DNA of 64,000 nucleotides from Eubacteriales bacterium (GTDB lineage Bacteria; Bacillota; Clostridia; Oscillospirales; CAG-272): positions 1,180 to 65,179 of the forward strand of contig JAZNBB010000079.1 in the NCBI GenBank assembly GCA_045586845.1, given 5' to 3'. Every line of letters starts with the position of its first letter. Positions within the stretch are counted from its first letter, which is position 1. The notes beneath the pieces are model-generated. The model saw only the letters and a list, made by a program, of their open reading frames with translations, did not search any database and was not told the DNA's origin. Both the position numbers and the translations under genes were made by a program. Positions 55,377 through 64,000 of the stretch are shown piece after piece.

Positions 55377-57542
55377 TTATTTATCGTCTTCGGTTTTGTA
55401 ATCGTATTCAAAATATTCGTTGATGGCGGCTTTGAGCAGCTCATAAGCACTTTGCAGTGTGGCGTTCTTGACCTGTGCACCCGCTACGTCAAAGTGACCG
55501 CCGCCCTGCAGCTTTTCCAAGATAAGCTGCACGTTGATGTCACCTTTGGAGCGGCCCGAAATAGCCACGGTATCATTCATGAGCACCATGGCAAAGGACG
55601 CCTCAATACCCTTGAGCGAGAGCAGGTTGTCTGCTGCCTTTGCGGCTGCCACGCGATCCTCGGGGGAAGGATCGCGGTCGGTGTTCAGCCATGTGATGGC
55701 GATCACGTCACGGTAGATGCGTGCGGTCGAATCGAAGGCACTTGCAATGCGCATATCCTCCAGGTCTTGGTTGAAGAACTCGCGCGTCACGCTGGTGTGC
55801 GCGCCTCTGGAATAGAGGTAGTGGGTGATCTCAAAGGTCTGTGCGCCTGCGTTTCTGGTAAAGTTGTTGGTATCCAACATAATACCGGAAAGCAGCAGGT
55901 TTGCCTCCTCCTTTTGCAAGCAGTCGGCGTATTCACTTTGCTGCATCATCTCTGCAATGATCTCGCTGGCAGAAGATTTGGTAGGCTCGATATAGTTGAG
56001 GAAGGGTGAAAAATCGGGTTCCTTGACCAGTCTGTGGTGGTCGATGAGTGCAATATGCTGTACGCTGCCGGGGAGATCGGGTGCTTCAAAGATAAAGCGG
56101 TTGTTTGCGTCCACAATAATCAGAAGCGTATCCGAGGTCACGGCGTTCATGCCTGCCTCGCGGTCGATAAACATTTCGGTGTATTCCGTAAGTCCTGCAA
56201 GGTGGGCATAGCAGGTGCGGAAAGTATCGCAGCTGCGGTTGATGACTACGTGTACGGGCGGGATCGAGGTGGGCAAACGCCCCTCTTCCTTTGCCTTGGC
56301 TTGCAGTACGCTGAGCGTAAAGCGCGCCGCGCCCACGCAGGCACCCACCGAGTCAAAGTCAGGATTGGAGTGACCCATGATCAGCACGTTGCCGCACTCA
56401 CGGATCTTGGTGGCAAGCACGCTCGCACTGACACGCGAGTTGATCGAGGAGTTGCTCTCCAAGATCTTGTGTGTGCCGCCGAAGTATTCAAGATTGCCGC
56501 CCACATCGCGGCGGAGTGCTACCTGGTTGCCTCCACGGGAAAGTGCGACCTCAAGTGCTGCGTAAGCCGCGCGCTCCTTGTCGCCCATCGAGCCGCCGAT
56601 ACTGGCAATGCCCATGGAAACCGATACGGGGAATGTGTTGTCGCCTATCTTGACGTCCATGACCTTGCCAAGGATACCAAAGCGATCGGCAATGCACCTC
56701 TCCAGCATTTCCTCGGAGAAGACCGCCAGATATTTGTCTCTGTCGTATTCGCGGATCATGCCGTCAAGTCCCTTGACCCAATCCTGCAGGATCTGTTCTA
56801 TGCGCGACGCGGTCTCGCGGTAGCTGGCACGCACGAACTGGGTCAGCTCCTGCAAGTTGTCCAGCGCAATATATGCCACAACGGGATTTTCGCGGTCTGC
56901 CTTTTCTTTGAGTTCCAAAAGGCCGCTGACGTCACGGAACACGGTAAAGAAGTATTCCTCACCGTCAATTCTCATGGGGTAGCTTTGCAGCTCGTATCTT
57001 TTGCCGTTGCCAAGGCGGGTCACGGGGCCGTCCGGCAACAGATCCGATGCATGCGCCGAGGTTTTGGCTCCGTGTGCCGAAACGGCGATGATGTCAATGG
57101 GAACGGGACAGAATTCGGACAGGCGGATGTTGCAGACGGGGGAGTGGTATCCCAGCACGTCCTGCAGGGCACTGTTGATGATCTTGACTACGCCGTCTCG
57201 ACCAATGACTGCATAAGGAACGTCGATGACGTAGCGGAACATATCGTAAATGTCCGTGTTGATGCGGTCGGCAGCGGTTACAGCCTCGCGCAGACGCAGA
57301 TAACGGAGCAGGTAGACCAAGAATACGATCGTGACGGTCACGGCAAAGATAGATACCGCGCCCAGTCCGAACCAGCCGAGCGGCAGGGAGGAGATTTCCA
57401 GATATCCGATCACGGTACAGGCACAAAGCAACACCATTCCAACGGCGGCACAAACCGCAAAGGGAATGCGCAGATCCATGTAAAGGACGTCCTTTTTCCC
57501 GGTGTAATGACCGTTTTTATGATGATCCGAACGGTGTTTCAT
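55377..57542 (-). CDS. gdpP: GdpP-type c-di-AMP phosphodiesterase (2 TM, PAS-like, degenerate GGDEF, DHH/DHHA1)
   Basis: The DHH motifs are [14 protein letters not shown] and LIDHHR, and the DHHA1 motif is GGGH. It sits in the conserved yybS-gdpP-rplI-dnaB order. The ATG at 57542 follows RBS GGAGG and the upstream TGA. Confidence 0.85.
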   Translation of the reverse strand: MKHRSDHHKNGHYTGKKDVLYMDLRIPFAVCAAVGMVLLCACTVIGYLEISSLPLGWFGLGAVSIFAVTVTIVFLVYLLRYLRLREAVTAADRINTDIYDMFRYVIDVPYAVIGRDGVVKIINSALQDVLGYHSPVCNIRLSEFCPVPIDIIAVSAHGAKTSAHASDLLPDGPVTRLGNGKRYELQSYPMRIDGEEYFFTVFRDVSGLLELKEKADRENPVVAYIALDNLQELTQFVRASYRETASRIEQILQDWVKGLDGMIREYDRDKYLAVFSEEMLERCIADRFGILGKVMDVKIGDNTFPVSVSMGIASIGGSMGDKERAAYAALEVALSRGGNQVALRRDVGGNLEYFGGTHKILESNSSINSRVSASVLATKIRECGNVLIMGHSNPDFDSVGACVGAARFTLSVLQAKAKEEGRLPTSIPPVHVVINRSCDTFRTCYAHLAGLTEYTEMFIDREAGMNAVTSDTLLIIVDANNRFIFEAPDLPGSVQHIALIDHHRLVKEPDFSPFLNYIEPTKSSASEIIAEMMQQSEYADCLQKEEANLLLSGIMLDTNNFTRNAGAQTFEITHYLYSRGAHTSVTREFFNQDLEDMRIASAFDSTARIYRDVIAITWLNTDRDPSPEDRVAAAKAADNLLSLKGIEASFAMVLMNDTVAISGRSKGDINVQLILEKLQGGGHFDVAGAQVKNATLQSAYELLKAAINEYFEYDYKTEDDK

Positions 57543-57543
57543 G

Positions 57544-58788
57544 TCACTGCCCTCCTTTGAAATCCTTGAATTTCTTTTCCAGCGCACGGGTGATGGCGCC
57601 GGTGATCACGGCAAACGAGCCCAAAAATGCGATCATGGGAACAACGGCTACGCCCAGGAATATGACAGCCAAGGCGTAAGTCAGCAGCATCGGCCACTTG
57701 ACGGGTGAATGTTTGAGGTTAGAAATGATGCTGAGCACACCGCACACCGTCATCATGGGGGAAAGTGCCAGCAACAGGTTGAGCGCAATGAATACTACGA
57801 TCTCTCCCTGCGGAACAAATGATGCGACCATAAGGACGATATAGCAAAGGATCAAAAAGATCGCAGTGGGTACCGAAGGCGCGTAGGCTGTCAGAAATGC
57901 GGGGTAGTCCTTTTTATCCACGCCGCGCATCAAAAGTGCAGTCAAGCCGCGGTTTGCGATAAACGAAAAGATCCACGCAAGCATGATGGCAGTGCCGGGC
58001 AGTATACCGAGTATGGTGGCGGCAATCGAGTCTGCAAATTCTGTAATGATTTCGGGGGTTATCTCGCCGCCGAGTATGGGGGCAAGCTGCGCGGCAAACT
58101 CAGGAGTGTCTGCCATCAGCTGCAGCATCTCGGCAAAGATGCCGGAAACGGCAACTCGGTAGGTGTTGATATAATCGGTCACGCCCTGTATGCTGAAGGG
58201 CGTACCCGCAACCAACGCGTCTGCGCCGATCAGTAAAGCATATGCGGTCAGAAACGTTCCTGCGGCGACACCGACAGAGAGAATGACCGAGTACTTTTTC
58301 TTAAGGCAAAAGCCAAGTGCGAACGCCGCAAAAGCAGGGAGAAGTGCGTTCAGAGAGAGAACTGCGTCGCGCGTCAGCGCAAAAGCGATCCCAAAGGACG
58401 CAAGCGCCGCCAAGCCAAATGGCAGATACGTCACGATGCGGGCAGCGGACGCGATCAGTGCAGCTCCCGCAACGGTTGCGGCGAGTAATGCGGCAAACAG
58501 GGCTGAAAACCAAGGGCTGATCAACGCCGGCAGCAGCACGCCTGCCAAAGCGCACCCCAGAAAGATCGGCTTTCGGCAAAGAGTGAGTGCAAAAACAGCG
58601 GAGAGAATTACGGATGCCGCGGCGATAGCGGCGGGAACTGCGGGGTTGATCCCCTCGATTCCGATATAGAAGGTCAGCGCGGGCAGCGCGACCGAGCAAG
58701 CGAGAAAAATGAAGCAGCAAAAGATCCGCACGGGGATAGAAATACGCTTTGGCTGCACTTGTTTGTCTTGGTTGTTTGAGATATCCAT
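57544..58788 (-). CDS. yybS: YybS-like (DUF2232) polytopic membrane protein
   Basis: A multi-TM protein directly upstream of gdpP, as in Bacillus. The ATG at 58788 is preceded by RBS AAGGAG. Confidence 0.6.
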   Translation of the reverse strand: MDISNNQDKQVQPKRISIPVRIFCCFIFLACSVALPALTFYIGIEGINPAVPAAIAAASVILSAVFALTLCRKPIFLGCALAGVLLPALISPWFSALFAALLAATVAGAALIASAARIVTYLPFGLAALASFGIAFALTRDAVLSLNALLPAFAAFALGFCLKKKYSVILSVGVAAGTFLTAYALLIGADALVAGTPFSIQGVTDYINTYRVAVSGIFAEMLQLMADTPEFAAQLAPILGGEITPEIITEFADSIAATILGILPGTAIMLAWIFSFIANRGLTALLMRGVDKKDYPAFLTAYAPSVPTAIFLILCYIVLMVASFVPQGEIVVFIALNLLLALSPMMTVCGVLSIISNLKHSPVKWPMLLTYALAVIFLGVAVVPMIAFLGSFAVITGAITRALEKKFKDFKGGQ

Positions 58789-59033
58789 TGCATCTCCTTT
58801 CCGTGCTCGCACAGGAGCACCATCATACCATTATATCAGTATAACATATAATTTTCATTTTGTAAACAATAATCCAAACAAATTCGGAAAAAACAGGAAA
58901 AATTTTCAAATAATCACCGGATGATCTCCGATTTTTACCGTATCGAGGGGGCTCGTTCCTCCCTCCTTGATTTAAATTTGCTCAATTACAGAAAAATTTT
59001 CGCAAAAAATTCAAAAAATATTTGCATAAGGTA

Positions 59034-59062
59034 TTGCAAATCGTGAAAACTTGTGATATAAT
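59034..59062 (+). promoter_or_regulatory. Promoter of the rimP-nusA-infB operon
   Basis: TTGCAA, a 17-nt spacer, then TATAAT with TG at -15/-14. Confidence 0.6.
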
Positions 59063-59139
59063 GCATATGGTAAGATATTATGTTGGAGTGGGTTGAGCAA
59101 ATCCACTCCAAAAATTTTGTTTGGGAAAGGAAGAAATGC

Positions 59140-59634
59140 ATGAGCACAACGCAAGGCGCAAAGCGTCAGGGCAGTATTGCGCAAAAGGTCTGGGACATCG
59201 TGCTCCCGACTGCCGACGAGCTGGAATACGTCCTGTGGGATGTGGAGTTTGTCAAGGAAGGTGCGGACCATTACCTGCGCATCACCATCGACCACCCCGA
59301 GGGAATTACCATTGAGGACTGCGAGCGTTTCCACCGTGCCATTGACCCGGTGCTGGACGAGGCAGATCCGATCTCGCAGGCATATATTCTGGAGGTCTCC
59401 TCTCCCGGCATTGAGCGTGAGCTCAAGAACCGCGACCATGTGATGATGTGTCTGGGCGATACGGTGGAGATCAGACTCTACGCCGTACAGCACGGCGCAA
59501 AGGTGCATCGCGGAACTCTGGTCGGCATGACCGACGAGGGCAACGTGCAGATCGAGCAAAACGAAACATTATTGGAGTTTGATGCCGACAAGGTCGCAAA
59601 GCTGCAGACAGTCTTTGATTTCGGAGCAAACTAA
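59140..59634 (+). CDS. rimP: Ribosome maturation factor RimP
   Basis: The motifs LWDVEFVKEGADHYLRITID and LEVSSPGIEREL are present. It lies upstream of nusA. Confidence 0.9.
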   Translation: MSTTQGAKRQGSIAQKVWDIVLPTADELEYVLWDVEFVKEGADHYLRITIDHPEGITIEDCERFHRAIDPVLDEADPISQAYILEVSSPGIERELKNRDHVMMCLGDTVEIRLYAVQHGAKVHRGTLVGMTDEGNVQIEQNETLLEFDADKVAKLQTVFDFGAN

Positions 59635-59650
59635 CAGAAAGGATATAAAA

Positions 59651-60676
59651 ATGAACAACGAATTTTTCGCTGCCCTTGAGCTTCTTGAGAAGGAAAAGGG
59701 AATCCCCAAGGCGTACATGATCGAAAAAATTGAGGCGGCGCTTTTGTCCGCGTTCAAGAAGGAATACGGCAACGGCACCAACGTCAGAATTCATATTGAC
59801 GAGGTCAAGAAGGACGTGCGCGTGTATCAGCAGCACGAGGTGGTCGAGGAGGTCGAGGATCCCCTGACCCAGATCTCTCTGGCGGACGCTAAGGCGATCA
59901 GCAAGAGATACACCGTGGGCAAGATCATGGAAACCGAGGTCAAGCCCAAGAACTTCCGCAGACTCAGCGCGGCGGCTGCAAAGTCGGTCATCATTCAGGG
60001 AATCCGTGAGGGTGAGCGCAGAGCCATGCAGGAGGCTTATGAAAACAAGAGAGAAGAGATCATCACCGCAACCGTTGACAAGGTCGATTACGAGACCGGT
60101 AACGTGCTGCTGGCAACAGACGACGGCAGAGCCGTGCTTCGCTATGAGGAGCAGATTCCCGGCGAGAGCTTCTATCCCGGCGACAAGATCAAGGTGTTCG
60201 TACAGGAAGTTAACAAGGAGTCCAAGGGACCCATCGTGACGCTTTCCCGTTCGCATGCGGGTCTGGTTCGCAGAATGTTTGAGCTTGAGGTGCCCGAGAT
60301 CGCGGACGGCGTGGTCATGGTCAAGGGTGTTTGCCGTGAGGCGGGCAGCAGAACCAAGATCGCCGTATTCTCCAGAGATCCCGACGTTGATCCCGTGGGT
60401 GCCTGCATCGGTAACCGCAGTATGCGTATCGACAGCATCGTTGATGAGCTGCGCGGCGAGAAGGTGGACGTGATCAAGTACAGCGAGCAGCCCGAGGAAT
60501 TCGTGGCGGCAGCCCTCTCTCCCGCACACGTGCTGGATGTAGTCATGACCGGTGAGCGTGCTTGCCGTGTCCTTGTCGATCCCGATCAGCTGTCTCTTGC
60601 CATCGGCAAGGAGGGTCAGAACGTGCGTCTGGCTGCAAGACTGACCGGTATGAAGATCGATATCAAGGCTGAATAA
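59651..60676 (+). CDS. nusA: Transcription termination/antitermination factor NusA
   Basis: The N-terminus is MNNEFFAALELLEKEKGIP. S1 and two KH domains are present (ACIGNRSMRI, AIGKEGQNVRLAARLTG). Confidence 0.95.
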   Translation: MNNEFFAALELLEKEKGIPKAYMIEKIEAALLSAFKKEYGNGTNVRIHIDEVKKDVRVYQQHEVVEEVEDPLTQISLADAKAISKRYTVGKIMETEVKPKNFRRLSAAAAKSVIIQGIREGERRAMQEAYENKREEIITATVDKVDYETGNVLLATDDGRAVLRYEEQIPGESFYPGDKIKVFVQEVNKESKGPIVTLSRSHAGLVRRMFELEVPEIADGVVMVKGVCREAGSRTKIAVFSRDPDVDPVGACIGNRSMRIDSIVDELRGEKVDVIKYSEQPEEFVAAALSPAHVLDVVMTGERACRVLVDPDQLSLAIGKEGQNVRLAARLTGMKIDIKAE

Positions 60677-60693
60677 GCCGAAACGGCACGTCT

Positions 60694-60972
60694 ATGGAAA
60701 AGGTGAAAAAGATTCCCATGCGTCAATGCCTGGGCTGCAATGAGCACAAACCCAAGCGCGAGCTGATCCGCTTGGTGCGCACCCCCGAGGATGAGGTGGT
60801 TGCCGATATGACCGGCAAGAAAAACGGCAGAGGCGCGTACCTTTGTCCCGCCGAAAGCTGCCTGCAACGTGTACGGAAAAGCAAGCGTGCGGAAAAAGTG
60901 CTGGAATGTTCCATTCCCGAAGAGGTGTATGAGAGCATCGCACAATCGCTTGCAAAGGGGGAAAAGGCGTGA
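60694..60972 (+). CDS. ylxR: YlxR (DUF448) RNA-binding protein
   Basis: The motif is PMRQCLGCNEHKPKRELIRLV....GRGAYLC. It sits in the conserved position after nusA. Confidence 0.85.
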   Translation: MEKVKKIPMRQCLGCNEHKPKRELIRLVRTPEDEVVADMTGKKNGRGAYLCPAESCLQRVRKSKRAEKVLECSIPEEVYESIAQSLAKGEKA

Positions 60973-61292
60973 GCGCCCCGGACCGTCTGTTAGGTGTCAT
61001 AGGGCTTTGCCGCAGAGCCGGCAAGCTGATCTGCGGTGTGCCGCTGATCTGCACCGAGCTGCGCAAAAGCTCACAGATACAAGCAGTTCTGGCAGCATCC
61101 GATGCATCGGACAATACCAAAAAGAAACTCAACGATAAATGCAAATACTACGGCACGACACTGATTTATCTGCCTTATACGGCAGATGAGCTGGCGACAG
61201 CCGTGGGCAAGGACGCACCCATTGGCGCGGTGGCGATTACCGATGCAAAGCTTATGCAGGCGGTAAAGGAGCATCTGCCGGCGCAAGAGTAG
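60969..61292 (+). CDS. ylxQ: L7Ae-family RNA-binding protein YlxQ
   Basis: The GTG start overlaps the ylxR stop (GTGA). The pattern is LGLCRRAGKLICG. It sits between ylxR and infB. Confidence 0.75.
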   Translation: MSAPDRLLGVIGLCRRAGKLICGVPLICTELRKSSQIQAVLAASDASDNTKKKLNDKCKYYGTTLIYLPYTADELATAVGKDAPIGAVAITDAKLMQAVKEHLPAQE

Positions 61293-61353
61293 GGCGCGCC
61301 GAGGTATTGCGCAATGCGCGATACTACCAAATGGGTGATTGTAAGGAGGATTT

Positions 61354-64000
61354 ATGGCAACAAACCCGCAATTCAAAGTTATGCAACTCGCCAAGGATCT
61401 TGGACTCAAGAGCAAGGAAGTGGTAGATCTGTGTGCCGAAAAGGGCATGGATGTCAAAACGCAGAAAACGCTTGAGCCCTATGAATTTGACCTTCTTTTT
61501 GATGCGCTTACCAAATCCCGTCAGGTGGATAATATTGATGATTACTTAGATGGGGTAACCTACATTCCTTCCCGTCTTCCCAAGAAGGAAAAAACTGAGG
61601 AGGCAGCTGTCGCAGCAGCCAAGAAAGCAGCGGCAGAGAAAGCAGCGGCAGAAAAGGCAGCAGCGGAAAAAGCGGCAGCCCGTGCGGCAGCCATTGAGAG
61701 AGCGGCAGCCATCGAGGCAGCTGCAAGAGCGGCTGCAGATAAGCGCGCGCAGACAAGCGACAAGCGTCCCGCACAGGGGCAGGATCGCAGAAATACACCC
61801 GCGCAAGGACAGGATCGCAGAAATGCGCCCGCGCAAGGTCAGGATCGCTTTAACAGAGATGCGCAAAGACCTGCTGTACCCGGCCAGGATCGCAGACAGG
61901 GACCTGCGGCGCAACAGGGACAGAACGATCGCTTTAACCGCGACGCACAGCGTCCTGCACAGGGACAGAATGATCGCTTTAACCGCGACGCACAGCGTTC
62001 CGCGCCTGCACAGAGCCAGGATCGCGGCTTTGGTGATCGCGGCAGAGACAACGCCCGCCCGGGTAACGCTCGTCCGAACAACCAAAGACCGAACAATAGC
62101 TATAACCAGAGAAGCGGCATGGACAAGGACGATTACGTGCCTTCCGCGCCCAGAGAGAAATTCCAGGTGCAGGCAATCGTACGCGGTCAGACCCCCAAGG
62201 GCGGCGACGGTCAGCCCAAGAAGAAGGGCGCTGTACGTGTCGTTGATACCAGAACCACCGAGGTCGACCTTTCCAAATACGACGAAAAGCTGGACACCTT
62301 TGTTACCGAGACCGACAGAGATCTGCGCGAGGGTAATCAGCGCGGTAAAAAGCAGCAGGTCGGTAAGCAGATGGGCAAGAACCAGAAAGGCGGCAAGAAG
62401 CAGCAGCCTGTGGTCAAGCAGGTCGTGCGCGTAGAGATCCCCGAGGAGATCTCGGTAGGTGAGCTTGCAAGCAGACTCAAGGCAACTGCAGGCGAGGTGA
62501 TCAAGAAGCTTGTGGGACTTGGAGTCATGGCAACCGTCAATCAGCTGATCGACTTTGATACCGCGGCAATGGTTTGCGAGGAAATGGGCGCAGAGTATAC
62601 CCGTGAGGTGGTCGTGACCATTGAAGAAAAGCTGTTTGATCAGACCGAGGATACCGAAGATAAGCTGCAGGGCAGAGCACCCGTCGTTTGCGTCATGGGT
62701 CACGTTGACCACGGTAAAACCTCACTCCTGGATGCAATTCGCCATGCAAACGTTACTGCAGGCGAAGCGGGCGGTATTACCCAGCACATCGGTGCATACA
62801 GAGTCAAGATCAATGATCAGGATATAACCTTCTTGGACACCCCCGGTCACGAGGCGTTTACTGCCATGAGAGCGCGCGGTGCACAGGCAACCGATATTGC
62901 CATTCTGGTGGTGGCTGCCAATGACGGCATTATGCCCCAGACGGTTGAGGCGATCAACCACGCAAAGGCAGCGGGCATTGACATCATTGTTGCGATCAAT
63001 AAAATGGATAAGCCTACGGCAAATCCCGATGCGGTCAAGCAGGAACTTACCAAGTACGATCTGGTTCCCGAGGAGTGGGGAGGCGACATCATTTGCGTTC
63101 CCGTATCCGCACTGACCAAGATGGGTATCGACGATCTGCTTGAAAGCGTACTTCTGGTAGCAGAGGTCAAGGAGCTCAAGGCAAATCCCGACCGTCGCGC
63201 AAAGGGTATCATTATCGAGTCCAGACTGGACAAGGGTCGCGGACCGGTGGCTACCGTGCTGGTACAGAACGGTACGCTGCACGCAGGTGACGTAGTCATT
63301 GCGGGCACGGCAGTGGGCAGAGTCAGAGCAATGACCGACTACACCGGCAGAACCATTAAGGTTGCAGGACCTTCGGTGCCTGTTGAGATCACGGGTCTTG
63401 CGGAAGTTCCCCAGGCGGGTGACCAATTCGCCGCTGTTGAGGATGAAAAGATGGCAAGAGAGCTGGCAGAGCAGAGAAAGGCAGAGGCGAAGGAGGAGGT
63501 CTTCAAGGCAAACTCCAGGGCAAACCTCAATGATCTGTTTGCACAGATCTCCGAAGGCGTTAAGGATCTTAATATCATCATCAAGGCAGATGTGGACGGT
63601 TCGGCAGAGGCAGTAAAGCAGTCGTTGCAGAAGCTGACCAATGAAGAAGTCAAGGTCAACATCATTCACGCCGCAGTCGGCGGTATCACGGAGGGTGACG
63701 TTATGCTGGCAGCAGCGTCCAACGCTATTATCGTTGGCTTTAACGTCCGTCCCGACAAGTCCGCATTGGACAGCGCAGAGAGACAGAGCGTGGATATCCG
63801 CACCTATCGTATCATTTACGACTGTATCGAGGAGATCTCGGCTGCCATGAAGGGTATGCTTGCGCCTCAGTTTGTCGAGGTGCTGTTGGGTCACGCACAG
63901 GTCAGACAGACTATTCACGTGCCCAACGTTGGCTTTATTGCCGGCTCTTACGTGCAGGACGGTAAGATCACCCGTCAGTCGCAGATCCGTGTGGTTCGTG
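61354..64000 (+). CDS. infB: Translation initiation factor IF-2 (3' end outside window)
   Basis: This gene is absent from the ORF track because no stop is reached. My translation from ATG 61354 (RBS AAGGAGG) gives [17 protein letters not shown]..., a repetitive Ala/Lys and Gln/Arg-rich N-domain, then the G domain [39 protein letters not shown]. Confidence 0.95.
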   Translation, partial: MATNPQFKVMQLAKDLGLKSKEVVDLCAEKGMDVKTQKTLEPYEFDLLFDALTKSRQVDNIDDYLDGVTYIPSRLPKKEKTEEAAVAAAKKAAAEKAAAEKAAAEKAAARAAAIERAAAIEAAARAAADKRAQTSDKRPAQGQDRRNTPAQGQDRRNAPAQGQDRFNRDAQRPAVPGQDRRQGPAAQQGQNDRFNRDAQRPAQGQNDRFNRDAQRSAPAQSQDRGFGDRGRDNARPGNARPNNQRPNNSYNQRSGMDKDDYVPSAPREKFQVQAIVRGQTPKGGDGQPKKKGAVRVVDTRTTEVDLSKYDEKLDTFVTETDRDLREGNQRGKKQQVGKQMGKNQKGGKKQQPVVKQVVRVEIPEEISVGELASRLKATAGEVIKKLVGLGVMATVNQLIDFDTAAMVCEEMGAEYTREVVVTIEEKLFDQTEDTEDKLQGRAPVVCVMGHVDHGKTSLLDAIRHANVTAGEAGGITQHIGAYRVKINDQDITFLDTPGHEAFTAMRARGAQATDIAILVVAANDGIMPQTVEAINHAKAAGIDIIVAINKMDKPTANPDAVKQELTKYDLVPEEWGGDIICVPVSALTKMGIDDLLESVLLVAEVKELKANPDRRAKGIIIESRLDKGRGPVATVLVQNGTLHAGDVVIAGTAVGRVRAMTDYTGRTIKVAGPSVPVEITGLAEVPQAGDQFAAVEDEKMARELAEQRKAEAKEEVFKANSRANLNDLFAQISEGVKDLNIIIKADVDGSAEAVKQSLQKLTNEEVKVNIIHAAVGGITEGDVMLAAASNAIIVGFNVRPDKSALDSAERQSVDIRTYRIIYDCIEEISAAMKGMLAPQFVEVLLGHAQVRQTIHVPNVGFIAGSYVQDGKITRQSQIRVVR

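Noticed and set aside
61560-62100. Tandem peptide repeats in the IF-2 N-terminal region: QGQDRRN(T/A)PA x2, [13 protein letters not shown](P/S)A x2 and (AAEK)n.
   Set aside because: The N-terminal domain of bacterial IF-2 is commonly low-complexity and repeat-rich. I see nothing beyond that.

Overview
Origin-proximal chromosome segment of a moderate-GC Firmicute. A Clostridia/Oscillospirales-like source is an inference from gene content and synteny. The housekeeping backbone has three parts. First, dnaA-dnaN-recF-remB-gyrB ... gyrA on the minus strand, with DnaA-box-like 9-mers in the dnaA-dnaN spacer. Second, copA, maf-mreB-PBP2, class I lysyl-tRNA synthetase and alr. Third, tilS-hpt-ftsH, yybS-gdpP-rplI-dnaB and rimP-nusA-ylxR-ylxQ-infB. 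I recognised no rRNA, tRNA, CRISPR array, transposase, integrase or phage genes.

The accessory content is a family of secreted or surface proteins. Two paralogous lipoproteins lie at 1.3-6.6 kb. Five consecutive minus-strand genes lie at 27.2-37.4 kb. Further members are a cohesin-like protein and a doubly anchored lipoprotein at 45-47 kb.

The most interesting signal concerns the five clustered proteins. Each has an N-terminal signal peptide and a conserved C-terminal tripartite tail: a Gly-Cys motif, a hydrophobic helix and KKKD at the C-terminus. This looks like a protein-sorting or lipid-anchoring signal, and no cognate processing enzyme is visible in the window. The same proteins are built from about 10 copies of an uncharacterised module of roughly 110-125 aa, plus a second shared module.

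Other oddities:
- A 1-nt frameshift splits ftsH.
- pfkB-mreC-mreD are inserted between gyrB and gyrA.
- A CopZ-like domain is fused to CopA but keeps its own RBS and ATG.
- Class I LysRS is fused to a tRNA-binding domain.
- A nested 270-bp palindrome has diverged copies elsewhere in the window.
- Two arrays of a conserved octamer alternate with unrelated GC-rich mini-hairpins.

Everything here comes from reading the sequence and the ORF track by eye. No searches or statistics were run. Domain boundaries are approximate.
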